From NCBI RefSeq assembly GCF_001194135.2, contig NC_068988.1, positions 77,549,102 through 77,613,101 on the forward strand: DNA of 64,000 bases, written 5' to 3'. Origin of the DNA: Octopus bimaculoides. Lineage: Eukaryota. The position numbers and the translations under genes were made by a program. The first letter of the stretch is position 1. The number at the start of each line of letters is the position of its first letter. Positions 63,136-64,000 of the stretch are shown one piece after another. The notes below the pieces were generated by a model that saw only the letters and a program-made list of their open reading frames with translations, was not told where the DNA came from and did no database searches.

Positions 63136-63450
63136 TGAATGTGTGTGGCTTAGTGCTAGGGTATTCAGCTCACAGTTGTAAGGTCGTAAATTCAATTCCT
63201 AGTGGTATGTTGTGTCCCTGAGCAAAACACTTTATTTCATGTTGCTCCAGTCCACTCAGCTGGCAAAATTGATAAGTAACTGTATTTCAAAAGGCCAGCC
63301 TTGTCACATTCTGTGTCACAATGAATCTCCCTGAGAACTACATTAAGGATACACATGTTTGTGGAATACTCAGTCACTTGCATATCAATTTCACAAGCAG
63401 GCTGTTCTGCTGACAGGGTCAACTGGAACCCTCATCTTTGTAACTGACGG
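63136..63450 (+). mobile_element. tRNA-derived SINE family B
   Basis: Reverse complement of 9086-9424. Confidence 0.85.
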
Positions 63451-64000
63451 AATGCCAGTTCCAATGAAGTGTAGAGTTACCAGTAATTGCCAGAACATGA
63501 GATAGCTGAGGCACATAAAGGTTTTGAGTAGATAAACAATGATAGATGTGACAAAAGAACATTACTTCAGGATGTTTTCTGCCTGAAAAAGAAAAAAAGA
63601 AAAAAAGAACAAATATTTAACTTAATTTTATTTTTTAACAGACTTTGATACATCATAGAGTCTAGGTTTAATGAAATATTTGAAAAAAAAGAACAGATAT
63701 TTGTCTCTATTTGGTCTCAGGAACTAAATATTGGGGCATGAAGAGCAGTAAGAGAGACCAATATTTACGCATTGCCAAATAAACCATTCTGTCCATTAAA
63801 CAGGTGTTCTTGTGCAGGAATAATTGCATTGGGAATAAAATCATCGAACTGTATAATTGATTCGGATTTGATGCTGGCACTTAATGCAAAGCACCATATT
63901 CAACATTAGATGATGAGATACGCATCTAGTCCCTGGATTGATGATGTAAATAAATGGCCACAACAAATGTCAACCTATTGTGATCTACAGCAGATCAGTC

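Overview
AT-rich eukaryotic genomic scaffold with many N-gaps and dense (TA)n/(CA)n/(AAT)n microsatellites. The repeat families (RTE LINE ending in (GAT)n, several tRNA-derived SINE families) look like those I recall from Octopus, probably O. bimaculoides; this is inference from memory and unverified. I could not support any host protein-coding gene. The window is almost entirely decayed mobile DNA: RTE LINE pieces, R4/Dong-like and CRE-like restriction-like-endonuclease (RLE) LINE remnants, Penelope-like elements (PLE; RT and GIY-YIG pieces), mariner, pogo/Tigger and hAT DNA transposons, a non-autonomous Helitron carrying telomere-like repeats, and SINEs. The most striking signal is at least six sequence-unrelated families of minimal type-I hammerhead ribozyme (HHR) motifs (about 19.3, 34.3, 36.3/37.1, 37.3, 39.1, 54.5, 61.2/61.6 kb). 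Three families sit in outward-reading palindromic dimers. One of these is a head-to-head pair of tRNA-like Pol III heads followed by (AAT)n and an HHR, a candidate PLE-mobilised, ribozyme-bearing SINE. All alignments and folds were done by eye.
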